64,000 nt of DNA from a virus: the IMG/VR virus record IMGVR_UViG_3300035193_000030, positions 1-64,000 of that record, one strand, 5' to 3'. The notes beneath the pieces are model-generated. The model searched no databases and was not told the DNA's origin. It saw only the letters and a list, made by a program, of their open reading frames with translations. The position numbers and the translations under genes were made by a program. This document shows, piece after piece, positions 48,934 through 59,271 of the stretch; the first letter of the stretch is position 1; every line of letters starts with the position of its first letter.

Positions 48934-49286
48934 TATTTTATCGTTTCTATAATTATACTTACATAATGATCATTTAATCCTCTTAATTTTAATTCTTTCT
49001 TCATTTTCATTTTGAATATAAATAGATCAGCTCTTTTATTATTTACTTTTTCATAAGCCCATCTTCTTTTCACTAGATCAACAATTTCTAATACTAATTC
49101 TTTTTCATCAATTCCTTCTTCTTTATTTTCCTTAATCCACGCATCAACTAAAGGCTTAAATATAGATGTCTTTGTTGTTCTCTTAGCAAGAGCATAAAGA
49201 GTTATGTATTGGAAGGTATATTGGGGAATCATAGCCCCAATATACACAACTTCATTTCTCTCTTTAGATCTTTTAAGTAAAGGCAT
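48933..49286 (-). CDS. hypothetical protein
   Basis: 117-aa ORF in operon. Confidence 0.6.
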   Translation of the reverse strand: MPLLKRSKERNEVVYIGAMIPQYTFQYITLYALAKRTTKTSIFKPLVDAWIKENKEEGIDEKELVLEIVDLVKRRWAYEKVNNKRADLFIFKMKMKKELKLRGLNDHYVSIIIETIK

Positions 49287-49288
49287 AA

Positions 49289-50542
49289 TTAATTATTTTC
49301 TGCTTCGTCAATACAATTTTCCCATACCGTACATGTATCACAATCATCATAACGATTTACATCTTCCCCAAAAGTATGTCCATGAGGACATTTATCTTTT
49401 GATGTTGAAGTTTTCCCTTTTTTTGCTTTTGTCTTAATTTGTTCTTCCTCATCCTCATCTTCCTCATCCTCGATTTCTACAATTTTCTTTTTATTTTTAC
49501 CTCGTCTTACAGGTTTTTCCTCTTCTTCTTCCTCTTCTATTATAACCTTCTTTTGTTTTTCTTTTGGTATTGATATATCAAGTTCCTTTGCTATTACTTT
49601 CCTTAAGGTAATAATATCATCGTCATAATCTTCTGTATCAATTTTTAGATCAAATTCTTCAATTATTCCTTCTAATTTAATAAGGCTTTTTCCTTTAATA
49701 TCATCCCATGTTAATGAATTATCAGTAGATGTGTCTTGTCTTTTTGTTTTTCTTTTTCGTACTGACCTTTCTTCTTCCTCCTCTTCAATTTCTTCCTCTT
49801 GTTCTTCTACCTCATAAAATTTTGCATTTATTTCTTCGTATGATAAAATTTTTAATACTTCATCTAAATTAGGAACATCTTCTAAAATAGATTCATCGTA
49901 TGAATCTGTTCTTTCAACAAAATCAATACGACTAGCTTCTGGATAAGGTTTTGCAGTTTTCATCTGACCAGGAACAAATCGCACTTTTAATGTTAGCCCA
50001 TCTTCTAAGTCAGGAAATACTTCATAATCAGAATTTTCTTCAATTTCATCATTTAATAAGTTTTGAAACAAATGCTGAGACATATCCCAAATGTGTGGGA
50101 TTTCTTCAAAATCTTTCATTCCTTTAGGTATTATAATATAAAGATTTCTTAATGATGCCTTTAAAGAATCTAATTCTGTTTTTTCAGCTTTTTCTAAAAT
50201 CCTTTTTGAACGATACTCACAAACAGGACATTTTTTACCTATTGTTGTAGGACAGACAATTGTATCATTGTCTACTCCTACATTCCTGTGAATCTTAAAC
50301 GGTTTTTTGTACCATAAGCTTTCTTCGAGTGCAACATCATTTTCTTCATTTCGATCCATGTGTTTAGGATCTGTAACTTCATAAGGAATAATATCGAAAG
50401 TGGCCTTTCCATTAGGATTTACTGAAAAGACATTTATTCCTTTAGGTAATTGAAGATAACCATAAGTGGAAGCTGCACGTTTCTGATTCTGTACATTACT
50501 TCCTACTTTACCTGCAAACTGACTTTTTCTTTTTTTACTCAT
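49289..50542 (-). CDS. Single-stranded DNA-binding protein (T4 gp32-like) with long acidic tail
   Basis: H...CP...KKCPVCE zinc motif, acidic C-terminal region; next to RecA. Confidence 0.7.
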   Translation of the reverse strand: MSKKRKSQFAGKVGSNVQNQKRAASTYGYLQLPKGINVFSVNPNGKATFDIIPYEVTDPKHMDRNEENDVALEESLWYKKPFKIHRNVGVDNDTIVCPTTIGKKCPVCEYRSKRILEKAEKTELDSLKASLRNLYIIIPKGMKDFEEIPHIWDMSQHLFQNLLNDEIEENSDYEVFPDLEDGLTLKVRFVPGQMKTAKPYPEASRIDFVERTDSYDESILEDVPNLDEVLKILSYEEINAKFYEVEEQEEEIEEEEEERSVRKRKTKRQDTSTDNSLTWDDIKGKSLIKLEGIIEEFDLKIDTEDYDDDIITLRKVIAKELDISIPKEKQKKVIIEEEEEEEKPVRRGKNKKKIVEIEDEEDEDEEEQIKTKAKKGKTSTSKDKCPHGHTFGEDVNRYDDCDTCTVWENCIDEAENN

Positions 50543-50559
50543 TTGTATTTCATTTTAAA

Positions 50560-51051
50560 TTAAACATATCTTGGGTTTCTTTTTTTCATTTTGTTTGCTA
50601 TTTTTTCATCTGCGTTTTCTTGTCTTAATTTACGTTCATCAGTTAAAATTCTTGGAACTTTTGGGCCTGCAAAGTATTGCATACCATATAATTTAACCAT
50701 ATTCTCCAAAGCGTCTTTTCTTTGGTAAACAGCATTTAATGCTGCCTGAGCCACATCCAATTCGTATTTTGACTGGATGTAGGTTTCGTTTACTTCTTTA
50801 AACTTGGATTGTCTTAGTATTGTGGCTTGGATAACCCCTTCTGTTATTTTTTCTATGTCATATTTTTCTGGATTTTTCCTTATTTTTCTATCAATTTCAG
50901 CCTTAATCAAATCTAATTCTTCTTTTATTTCATCGAGTGTTTTTCTACATCCAGCAACATGTTTTGCGTAACGAAGTAATAATGAAGGTTGTTCTAACCA
51001 TTCTACATCTAATGCAGTTTCGTCAATTCTAATGTCTTGTTCATAATTCAT
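50560..51051 (-). CDS. UvsY-like recombination mediator
   Basis: D..IDE..LD.E...QP, KITE, helical, QRKD.L. Confidence 0.6.
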   Translation of the reverse strand: MNYEQDIRIDETALDVEWLEQPSLLLRYAKHVAGCRKTLDEIKEELDLIKAEIDRKIRKNPEKYDIEKITEGVIQATILRQSKFKEVNETYIQSKYELDVAQAALNAVYQRKDALENMVKLYGMQYFAGPKVPRILTDERKLRQENADEKIANKMKKRNPRYV

Positions 51052-51201
51052 TTTTGTTCAATTTTATAGTTATACCCTAATAAAAAATATTTAGCACATT
51101 TATTATGTTCCATTATAATGGACATCTTATGACATCGTGTCATTTTGTCTAATAACACAAAATCATCTTTTATTATTTCTTTAGCATGTTCAATATCCAT
51201 T

Positions 51202-52116
51202 TTATTCTGATTTATAGATTGAATAACAAGCAAAAGTCAAACCTGGAAATCCTGTATTATAAAATGGCTCTATCATTTGTTCCATTATAAAACCAGCCTG
51301 AACATTATCTGATTTTAATAATACTGACTGCATATACCCAAGTATAATTCTACGAATTGTTTCCGGTTCTTGATCTTTTAAATTAAGCAATACCTTTGAG
51401 ATTAATTTCCAATTACTTCTTTGTAATAAAGCTCTGCATAATTCAATTATTTCAGATTGTTCCTCAGCGGCTTTTAAAGCTACTTCTGCTCTTTTTTCTA
51501 AAGGTACACTTAACACCTGTTCAAGAATTTGTATGGCGTTTCGTGGGTGTCCTAATGAATTTTGTGAAATTTGTTCTAATATTTCTAATGGAATTCTTTC
51601 TTTTTCACCTCTTGAAATATTTCGCAATAGCCCCACCATTTGCTGTTCATTTAATGGCTTCACCTGGAATTGTTGACAACGACCCCTTATTGTAGATAGT
51701 AATTTTTGTGGGTCGGTTGTACAAAGTATAAAATAGGCATGAGAAGGAGGATCTTCAAGAATTTTAAGTAAAGCATTTTGTGCATCATTTGTCGCTTTAT
51801 GAACCTCATCCAATAACCATACTCTACAATCACCTTCTAACGGTTGGTAGGTTGCATTTTCACGAATTTCTCGTATTGTGTCAATTCCTCTGAATTGTCC
51901 TGAATCAACCTCTCTAAAATCATAGCCTTTGCATCCTAATTCTTTTGCAATAATTCTTCCTATTGTAGTTTTCCCACAACCTGTTTCACCGTAAATTAAA
52001 AAACTATGTGGGCATTTTTCCTTAGTTAAAAGCATGTTCTGTAATGAAAGAATAATGTCTGTATTCCCTTTTACTTCTTCTAATGTTTGTGGGCGATATT
52101 TGTGATATAAGCTCAT
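51202..52116 (-). CDS. dnaX: Clamp loader (DnaX gamma/tau-like AAA+)
   Basis: KYRP, GETGCGKTT, LDEVH, NALLKILEDPP, TIRGRC. Confidence 0.9.
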   Translation of the reverse strand: MSLYHKYRPQTLEEVKGNTDIILSLQNMLLTKEKCPHSFLIYGETGCGKTTIGRIIAKELGCKGYDFREVDSGQFRGIDTIREIRENATYQPLEGDCRVWLLDEVHKATNDAQNALLKILEDPPSHAYFILCTTDPQKLLSTIRGRCQQFQVKPLNEQQMVGLLRNISRGEKERIPLEILEQISQNSLGHPRNAIQILEQVLSVPLEKRAEVALKAAEEQSEIIELCRALLQRSNWKLISKVLLNLKDQEPETIRRIILGYMQSVLLKSDNVQAGFIMEQMIEPFYNTGFPGLTFACYSIYKSE

Positions 52117-52118
52117 AT

Positions 52119-52439
52119 TTAATTTGAATTAAACTTATTGATTTGTCCTACTAATATTTCTTTTTCTTTATCTGCATATCCTTTTTTGTAGAAACTAAAT
52201 AATAATTCTGTTAATGTATTCATAAATTTATATAAATCTATAAAATTTGTAGGTTTAGCAATGTTCGTATTTTGTTCAAGAAAAAGTTTATACTCATTTA
52301 TTAGTTCAGCTTTTATTCTTATTTCTTCGTCTTTTGTTTTCATTTTCTTTAATTTTTTATTAGTAAAGTTACATTTTATTTTTATATTTAAAACCAATCC
52401 ACGAACAATATAACCTTGTAAGTGTCTTATCATTATCAT
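52119..52439 (-). CDS. hypothetical protein (likely starts at internal MKTK)
   Basis: ORF in operon. Confidence 0.45.
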   Translation of the reverse strand: MIMIRHLQGYIVRGLVLNIKIKCNFTNKKLKKMKTKDEEIRIKAELINEYKLFLEQNTNIAKPTNFIDLYKFMNTLTELLFSFYKKGYADKEKEILVGQINKFNSN

Positions 52440-52539
52440 TTGGTTTAATATTAGAATGTCTTATTAGTTCTTCTGCCGCAGTACATCTATTCTTCCAATA
52501 CTCAATTTTTTCATCGTTTGTCCTCATATTATTATATTT

Positions 52540-53976
52540 TTAAATTAAACATTTTTCTCTATCAGCCCAACTGGCATCAATCGGACATATTTCAGCTTCA
52601 ATATTTAAAGGCACAATAATCCAATCCCAAGTCTTCGGTAGTAAAATACAGGTAATTTCTTTTACTCTTTCTTTTACCATGTCTAACTCTTTTGGGTAAA
52701 CATCAAATATAAGTGAATCATGTATCTGCCCAACAATTTGTGTTCTCCAATTTTCTTTGATCATCATCTTATCAATTTCAATAAGAGACCACAGTAAACA
52801 ATGGAAAGCAGCTCCCTGCACAGGGTAATTAATAACATCGTTTTTCCCCATCACACCACTGCAATGAAACCCTGTTTTCATTACAAAATATCCATATTTT
52901 TGGTACGTGTGATACCAATCAATTTTCCATTGATTATATTCATAGAATCTATTGTTCCAAAAATCATTTTCAATTTCCTTTATATGATCAACAAATTCAT
53001 CAAAACTCAGTATACTTCTACACAATAAATGATTGGATATATACTCTTTTGTACCTTTGTCTGTTTCATTCAAAATAATACCTTCATTTGTTTTCCATCT
53101 TCTTTGTGGAAGTTTAACCCATTCAGCGATATTTATTGCACAATTCTTATAATAATCACCATAAAATTGAGGGAACACAAATCCATTTTTTGCAGCTTGC
53201 CTCATTACGTTATGAGAAGGAATTGATTTATCTATTTTATCAAATCCAAAAATTTGTTTTGCTATATCTGCATGCATATCGGAGGTAGGATTATTAATAT
53301 AATTTATCATGTTTTCATCTTTATGATAGCAAGCTGATACACGAACCTCTATACCTGAAAAGTCAATTTCTAATAATTGGTTTCCTTTACTTGGGTATAA
53401 TGCTTTTCTACACATCTGCATTGCTTCTTCATCACGTTTCGGAAGATTCTGAAAATTTGGACTATCAGAACTTGATCTAAAGGTACGAACTAAATGTAGA
53501 TTAAAAAATGGATGTATTACACCTTTTACCTGTTCCCTTTCAAATGAAGATAAGTAAGTGTCCCTTATTTTTTTTAATTTTCTCATTTCTAAGATCATAT
53601 CTAACTCAGGAATATTTAATTGTTTTAGAGTTTCTTCATCTGTTGATCCTTGCCCTGTTTCTGTAAATTTTACAGGTTTTAATTTACGTACGGTATAAAG
53701 GTAATAAGCTAATTGTGCGTTTGAATTTATATTTATTGTTGAATTTGTAGAATATTGCCAACGTTTATAAAATTTTGTATTATAAAATATTTTTTCCATT
53801 CGTTCAATACGACGGGTAATATGTGGTTTCTTTCTCCTGATGTAATCTAAATCAACACGTATACCATGTTGTTCTGCTCGTATAAGAGCTAATGTTCCTT
53901 CATGCAGTAATTTGTAAGCTTCGTGCGTTCTAGGATTTATTATCATTATTTTATTCTTTATTTTTAATTTTGTCAT
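52540..53976 (-). CDS. polA: Family A DNA polymerase, polymerase domain
   Basis: RSSSDSPNFQNLP, DFSGIEVR (motif A), RQAAKNGFVFPQFYG (motif B), NYPVQG, QIHDS (motif C). Confidence 0.92.
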   Translation of the reverse strand: MTKLKIKNKIMIINPRTHEAYKLLHEGTLALIRAEQHGIRVDLDYIRRKKPHITRRIERMEKIFYNTKFYKRWQYSTNSTININSNAQLAYYLYTVRKLKPVKFTETGQGSTDEETLKQLNIPELDMILEMRKLKKIRDTYLSSFEREQVKGVIHPFFNLHLVRTFRSSSDSPNFQNLPKRDEEAMQMCRKALYPSKGNQLLEIDFSGIEVRVSACYHKDENMINYINNPTSDMHADIAKQIFGFDKIDKSIPSHNVMRQAAKNGFVFPQFYGDYYKNCAINIAEWVKLPQRRWKTNEGIILNETDKGTKEYISNHLLCRSILSFDEFVDHIKEIENDFWNNRFYEYNQWKIDWYHTYQKYGYFVMKTGFHCSGVMGKNDVINYPVQGAAFHCLLWSLIEIDKMMIKENWRTQIVGQIHDSLIFDVYPKELDMVKERVKEITCILLPKTWDWIIVPLNIEAEICPIDASWADREKCLI

Positions 53977-54140
53977 TAATTAGTTATAAATTCTGGGTAA
54001 ACCCAATATATAATTCCTTTTTCTATATCTTTTATTACATACCATATATCATAAATCCAACCTATTATAATTCCTGGTTTCTGTACTAATTGTTCTGTCT
54101 TAAACCAAACTAATTCATCTTTGTTAAAATGGCAGATCAT
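53976..54140 (-). CDS. Small 54-aa protein between the two polymerase halves
   Basis: MICHFNKDELVWFK...YWVYPEFITN; its TAA overlaps the PolA ATG. Confidence 0.45.
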   Translation of the reverse strand: MICHFNKDELVWFKTEQLVQKPGIIIGWIYDIWYVIKDIEKGIIYWVYPEFITN

Positions 54141-55362
54141 GGTATATTATATCTTTTAGTTTTTCCGCTAATCTGTATTCGTAAATTGAATCCCATGCAC
54201 AATAAGTTAATAACTTTTCTTTTCCTGACTCTGTTTTAATTAAATCAATTATTCTGTTAAATTCATTTGCATTTTTTTCATCTCCTACTGATTTCAAATA
54301 AGGTTCTATTTCACTTGAATAGTCAATAATACCAAAATTCACATATACTTGAAATTTCAATCCTGTAATACTTTGTCTGTTATCCATAATATGAGATGCT
54401 AACATTGTATCAAAATTCCAACCTTTCACTTCTGTTCTCAACCTAACTTTACTCCATGTATGTTCAAATTTCATATTTTGAGCGACCTTCTCTATATTAT
54501 TATTTTCTAATACACGTATAAAAGGAGCTATTTTACTTCTCTCATTTGGTATCATAAATACGTAGCATAGTTCACTACTTACAGCAACCGAAGCACAAAT
54601 TATTCTGTGTCCAATTCCATGTGGTTTTATTCCTGTAGTTTCAAAATCAAAGGCAATTACTTGCCCTTCATTAATATTATCTAAAATAGATAAATCTTCG
54701 ATTATTTTTATTTTTGCTTTCTTCTTTTTTTTCACAGGTATATCTATTTTACTTATTGCTAGTTCTAAATCTTGTTTCCAAATTAATTTGACTACGGGCA
54801 TATCTTGTGAACGTTCAACATAACTAGGGTGAAATGTAGGAATGATCCAACTATTAAAATCTTGATCAGGAATTGCCCAACCTCTCCATTTGGAAATACC
54901 ATCCATATTCTTTTTCCATCTGTGTCCTATTATACTATATAAAGCACTTTTCCCAAGTAATATTATTATATTTGGTTCATACTGTTTAATTGCTTTTAAA
55001 ACCTTTACCGATCTACAACATTCTATTTCAGCATTTGTAGGGGTTCTGTTATATCCTTGTTTATCAGTTGGTCTACAATTTACTGCATTTAAAACAATAC
55101 AATCTTCAAATAGGTTAATATTTAAATTAGATAAAGTATTTCTTAATAATATCCCGGTCTTCCCTTGGAAAGGTTTTCCTCGTGCATCTTCAATTTCCCC
55201 TGGGGCTTCGCCAATAATCATAATTCCTTTACCAAACGTGCCATATGGTTGCATTCTTGCGGACTTACAAGTTCTATATAACCCGCAAGAAGAACAACTG
55301 TGTATTCTCCCATCTGGACGTGTTATTGAATCTGTTTTCTTTTTATTAAAAAATCCGTTCAT
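54124..55362 (-). CDS. Family-4 uracil-DNA glycosylase fused to a PolA-type 3'-5' exonuclease
   Basis: C..C.L, GEAPG, PFQG, CRP, HPS; then DFETTG (ExoI), QNMKFE, DTMLA, YCAWD (ExoIII). Confidence 0.88.
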   Translation of the reverse strand: MNGFFNKKKTDSITRPDGRIHSCSSCGLYRTCKSARMQPYGTFGKGIMIIGEAPGEIEDARGKPFQGKTGILLRNTLSNLNINLFEDCIVLNAVNCRPTDKQGYNRTPTNAEIECCRSVKVLKAIKQYEPNIIILLGKSALYSIIGHRWKKNMDGISKWRGWAIPDQDFNSWIIPTFHPSYVERSQDMPVVKLIWKQDLELAISKIDIPVKKKKKAKIKIIEDLSILDNINEGQVIAFDFETTGIKPHGIGHRIICASVAVSSELCYVFMIPNERSKIAPFIRVLENNNIEKVAQNMKFEHTWSKVRLRTEVKGWNFDTMLASHIMDNRQSITGLKFQVYVNFGIIDYSSEIEPYLKSVGDEKNANEFNRIIDLIKTESGKEKLLTYCAWDSIYEYRLAEKLKDIIYHDLPF

Positions 55363-55365
55363 TCT

Positions 55366-56364
55366 TTAAAATTTTTTTGCTAAAGCTACATTATATTGAA
55401 ATTCCCCTGGCATTTCAAATTTAATCACTCTTTCCCCAATTATTCCTTTTTTCGTAACTGATAGAATATCTTTAAATAATTCAGGTGTAATGGAAATGTC
55501 TATCTCATTTTCATAACGAATATTCAATGTTTCTTCAAACCAGGAGGTTTCATTAGAACTTTTTATTCTTATTTTATTTTCTTTAATATGAATGTCTACA
55601 CAAGTATTTGTAAAAATAGTAGCTCGCTCTAATGTATCTAATATTAAATTTGGGAAAACTATTTCTTCCCCTTGTACTTTCAATAGATCGTCAAAATTAA
55701 CATACGTATCATCTTGAAATATTCTACATGATAAATTACAACCTTCCTCATTCATAAAATGAATCCATCCTTTTCCTTTTGCAACATTAGATGGATTCAT
55801 TTTTATTACTTCTTTTACATTGTTTACTGGGATTAATGTATTATCTAGTACCCAATTTCCTTTCAATTCATATTTACATATTCGAAAATTATCTGTTGCT
55901 TCAACATATCCATCTTTATTAATATGGATACAGGTGAGTAAAGGACGAGAGTAATCATTCGATGCTGCATGACTTGAAAAGGTTAATGCTTTTATAAAAT
56001 TTTCAGGTAATGTCCTCCATCTACCTATATCTTTTATTTCTTCCAAAGGTAATTTTATTTCGTCTTGGATAGCCAAGCCAGCTTTTATTCTTCCACATTT
56101 CAACAAAATCTGTTTTCCTTCTAATTCCAATTCAATTTCATCTTTTCTTAACCGAGTAAGAAGTTTATACAATTCATCTGCTTTTATAGCCCCAGTAATA
56201 TCTAACCCTTCAATAGGGTATGAAAGACTTATCTCATTATTATATGTAACAACTTTATCCCCTATGAAAGCAAACGAGGTTGTTTGTTCAATTAATTCCC
56301 TATCAGCCAAACCTGGTTTAACTGCCTCTAGGGCTTTTACTAATTCGTTTCTACTTATTTGCAT
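55366..56364 (-). CDS. dnaN: Sliding clamp (DNA pol III beta-like)
   Basis: 332 aa, SRPLLTCIHI...ATDNFRI, LSCRI pattern; near the clamp loader. Confidence 0.75.
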   Translation of the reverse strand: MQISRNELVKALEAVKPGLADRELIEQTTSFAFIGDKVVTYNNEISLSYPIEGLDITGAIKADELYKLLTRLRKDEIELELEGKQILLKCGRIKAGLAIQDEIKLPLEEIKDIGRWRTLPENFIKALTFSSHAASNDYSRPLLTCIHINKDGYVEATDNFRICKYELKGNWVLDNTLIPVNNVKEVIKMNPSNVAKGKGWIHFMNEEGCNLSCRIFQDDTYVNFDDLLKVQGEEIVFPNLILDTLERATIFTNTCVDIHIKENKIRIKSSNETSWFEETLNIRYENEIDISITPELFKDILSVTKKGIIGERVIKFEMPGEFQYNVALAKKF

Positions 56365-56421
56365 ATAATTAAATTTTAAAAAATCCTTTTGTTATATTAT
56401 TTAAAAATTTATCAAATTCCA

Positions 56422-57921
56422 TTAAATATAAAAATTATTTTTTATTTTCTTCATATCCCCTTTATAAAAAATCAATATATTTTGATGTGATTTTCCAATT
56501 TTTCTTGATATTTTAAAAGTATTCCCTGTTCTTAAAAAAAGTGATCCAATAGGTGTTTGGTATACAATATCATTATAAAAAACCATTCCATATCTTTTAA
56601 ATATTTCTATCGTATCCCCTACGAAATTTCGCAATTCCCCCGTTTTTTTATCCCTAAAATTACTTACAACTACGCAAGCAAACCTATTTTCTTTTAATTT
56701 GTTAATAGCTTTTTGTAAAATCCGACCATACATAAATATAAAACGTTCATATGTCATATTACTAATATCTTCTTTTAAATCACTATATTTTTCCATATTA
56801 CCATACGGGGGGCACGTAAAAATAAAATCTGATTCTGGTGCTTTTTTTAATGTTTTATAAGAGTCACCACATACCCAAATTAAAAATTGTATGCTTTTGT
56901 CTTTATTTACATGATCATTCCATTTTAAAATATCATATTTTTCATGATCAATTTCACAATATAAGTCATGGTCATATATCCCATCTTTTATATACTTAAT
57001 TATTTTATCTGTTTGCACATTTCCAAATAAAAATTGTAAACTTTGCTTGTGTGTTTCATAAATAGGCAATTTTCCTTCTTTAACTTTATAACACTTTAAT
57101 AACCTATATCTATTTCGTACAATTAACGTATCATTGTTATTTATTGTAAATGGGCTAATTATACATCCAAATGGTTTATTGTTATTATCATGTAATGAAC
57201 ATAAGTTATCATTTCTCTTAAAAGGGCATTTATTATTTTCATTAGGTGTAAGTAAATTATCAACTATACCCCCCCCTAATTTAATTATTTTCTCTTGTTC
57301 AGTTAAATATATTGGAACGATTACCCCCTTATTTTTATCACTACTTTCACAACATTTTGCAAAACATATATTTTTTATAAAATTCTCTGTACACGGATGA
57401 AACATTCGTTTTAGATAGGCAGGGCTTATTTTTATCTTTTTTTTGGCGGTGAGCCTGTTTTTAAATATTTCTTGTGCATTGTCATAATTAGCTTGAACTT
57501 GTTCCCCCCTTAACTCACCACCCCAATAACTATAACCCATACTTTTTGCAACTACCCCCCTTACTGAACCCCCAGCAAACGGGTCTAATATAACCCCATT
57601 GGCAATACAAAACCAAGAATACATTAATTCACACAGTACGGGGTCAAATACTGATGTACTATTATTAATCCAAACATCAGACCCTCCTGTATACCCTTTA
57701 TTTGTAATTCTTCCATCTGCATCTCTTCTTAATAAATTCCCTTTCCTTCCCCTTTCACTTTTTATACCTAAATTTAACCATTGTCGTTTCCTGTCCAACC
57801 AAATTTTATCAAACCCACGTAATACAGAAAAAGGGGGGAATATAAATTTTCCTGATAACCCTATTTTTGTTAATTCTTTTACAGTAATGCCTAAGTTATT
57901 ATTTAATTCTAATTTTTTCAT
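56422..57921 (-). CDS. DNA amino-methyltransferase-like protein with inserted Cys-rich domain
   Basis: DPFAGGSVRG SAM motif, FTCPPY catalytic motif; about 185-aa insert with C..CC...CPF...C.LH..KP..C...PF. Confidence 0.8.
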   Translation of the reverse strand: MKKLELNNNLGITVKELTKIGLSGKFIFPPFSVLRGFDKIWLDRKRQWLNLGIKSERGRKGNLLRRDADGRITNKGYTGGSDVWINNSTSVFDPVLCELMYSWFCIANGVILDPFAGGSVRGVVAKSMGYSYWGGELRGEQVQANYDNAQEIFKNRLTAKKKIKISPAYLKRMFHPCTENFIKNICFAKCCESSDKNKGVIVPIYLTEQEKIIKLGGGIVDNLLTPNENNKCPFKRNDNLCSLHDNNNKPFGCIISPFTINNNDTLIVRNRYRLLKCYKVKEGKLPIYETHKQSLQFLFGNVQTDKIIKYIKDGIYDHDLYCEIDHEKYDILKWNDHVNKDKSIQFLIWVCGDSYKTLKKAPESDFIFTCPPYGNMEKYSDLKEDISNMTYERFIFMYGRILQKAINKLKENRFACVVVSNFRDKKTGELRNFVGDTIEIFKRYGMVFYNDIVYQTPIGSLFLRTGNTFKISRKIGKSHQNILIFYKGDMKKIKNNFYI

Positions 57922-58689
57922 TTATTTTCCCCATAACATTATGTGTTCTCTCGATGTATAACGAACATTATGTTTAATAGCCATTTCAACGGTCATTTGT
58001 TGGTTTGCAATTAATTCTTCTCGTGTAGAACCGCAAGGCATTAAAACAACCTGATCTTGTTTTATTAAACCATTTATTATAAAATTTAACCCTATCTCAT
58101 CCCAATCATCTTTACTTGTAATTACAAATTTGAACCATGAATTTTGTAAAGATGATAATTTTTTTAGGACAGATGTTATGTAACGTCTTTTTGTTAGATT
58201 TCCACTTGATGAAAGTTTTGGGGAATTATTCCATATATTAACGAAAGAAATCATCTGAGGCATAGGCATTATAGTACATTCGTTTTCAATTTCTATAAAT
58301 GGTTTAAAATGATATAATGCTTGGAATTTTTGGATAAATTTTATTATCATCTCTTGTTGTAATAATGGACTTCCTCCAGTAAATACCAAATGTTGCCCTT
58401 CCCGTAAATTTGAAATAACATCATATTCTTTCATTAATTCAAATAATTCATCTAATGTGTATGGATTTCCATAACGCCATACCTCTTTCGTATCACACCA
58501 TACACAATTTAATGTACAAGATTGAAGTCTAAGGAAAGTACATGGATATCCTACAAAGTTTTCCCCTTGTATTGTATTACAAAAAAATTCAGATACCTTT
58601 AAAAAATCTGTACTTCCAACATTCCTTTTAAAATTGGGATTCCCTTTAATTATTGTTGTCGGAAATTTCTGTGTCTGTAAATTGTTCAT
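57922..58689 (-). CDS. queE: 7-carboxy-7-deazaguanine synthase (radical SAM)
   Basis: TIQGE, FLRLQSCTLNCVWCDT, FTGGSPL, SPKL; start placed at the second Met. Confidence 0.88.
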   Translation of the reverse strand: MNNLQTQKFPTTIIKGNPNFKRNVGSTDFLKVSEFFCNTIQGENFVGYPCTFLRLQSCTLNCVWCDTKEVWRYGNPYTLDELFELMKEYDVISNLREGQHLVFTGGSPLLQQEMIIKFIQKFQALYHFKPFIEIENECTIMPMPQMISFVNIWNNSPKLSSSGNLTKRRYITSVLKKLSSLQNSWFKFVITSKDDWDEIGLNFIINGLIKQDQVVLMPCGSTREELIANQQMTVEMAIKHNVRYTSREHIMLWGK

Positions 58690-59032
58690 AACGTGCCATT
58701 GTTTTAGGTGTTTCACAAACTTCTATTGCATATAATAATGGGAATTGTTCTTTAAATATAGCATATAAATGCAATGCTATATTTTCAGCAGTGGGATTAA
58801 ATGTACAAAAATCATTTAAGAATTTATGATCAAATGCTTTATCTAAATACTCTTTAATTGTATCTAGATCACGATAATCCATTACAAATCCAATCTTGTC
58901 CAAAGCATTTGCCCGTAGTTCTACAATTACGACATAATTATGTCCATGATTTCTCACACAAGGATGATCTTGTGGTAAATTCAGCAAGCAATGCCCTGCT
59001 GAAAATGAAAATTCTTTTCTTATTATAAACAT
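58646..59032 (-). CDS. queD: 6-carboxy-5,6,7,8-tetrahydropterin synthase
   Basis: FSAGH, C.R.HGHNY, DH..LN, PTAENIA, ETP. Confidence 0.92.
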   Translation of the reverse strand: MFIIRKEFSFSAGHCLLNLPQDHPCVRNHGHNYVVIVELRANALDKIGFVMDYRDLDTIKEYLDKAFDHKFLNDFCTFNPTAENIALHLYAIFKEQFPLLYAIEVCETPKTMARYEQFTDTEISDNNN

Positions 59033-59271
59033 GGGAATAAAGGTATTAATATTGTTAATAAAAAGAAAGCGTGATAAACAGAATACAAAAAAATTACGTA
59101 ATAAGGGTAATTTATGCTAACATCCATTACCCCATTAAAAAAATAAGAAAATTTTGTTTTCTTTTTAAATCCGCCTAATATATCAAAAGTAAGGACAGCA
59201 AAAAAGCATAAGAACATAAACCCAATTCCAACGTAAGGAATCCATTCTAAAATTCTAAATATTGTTTTCAT
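59023..59271 (-). CDS. Membrane protein
   Basis: Two TM segments. Confidence 0.5.
   Translation of the reverse strand: MKTIFRILEWIPYVGIGFMFLCFFAVLTFDILGGFKKKTKFSYFFNGVMDVSINYPYYVIFLYSVYHAFFLLTILIPLFPCL

Noticed and set aside
53977-54123. Group I intron or intein splitting the polymerase
   Set aside because: The gap is too short, lacks recognisable intron core elements and is filled by a small coupled ORF.
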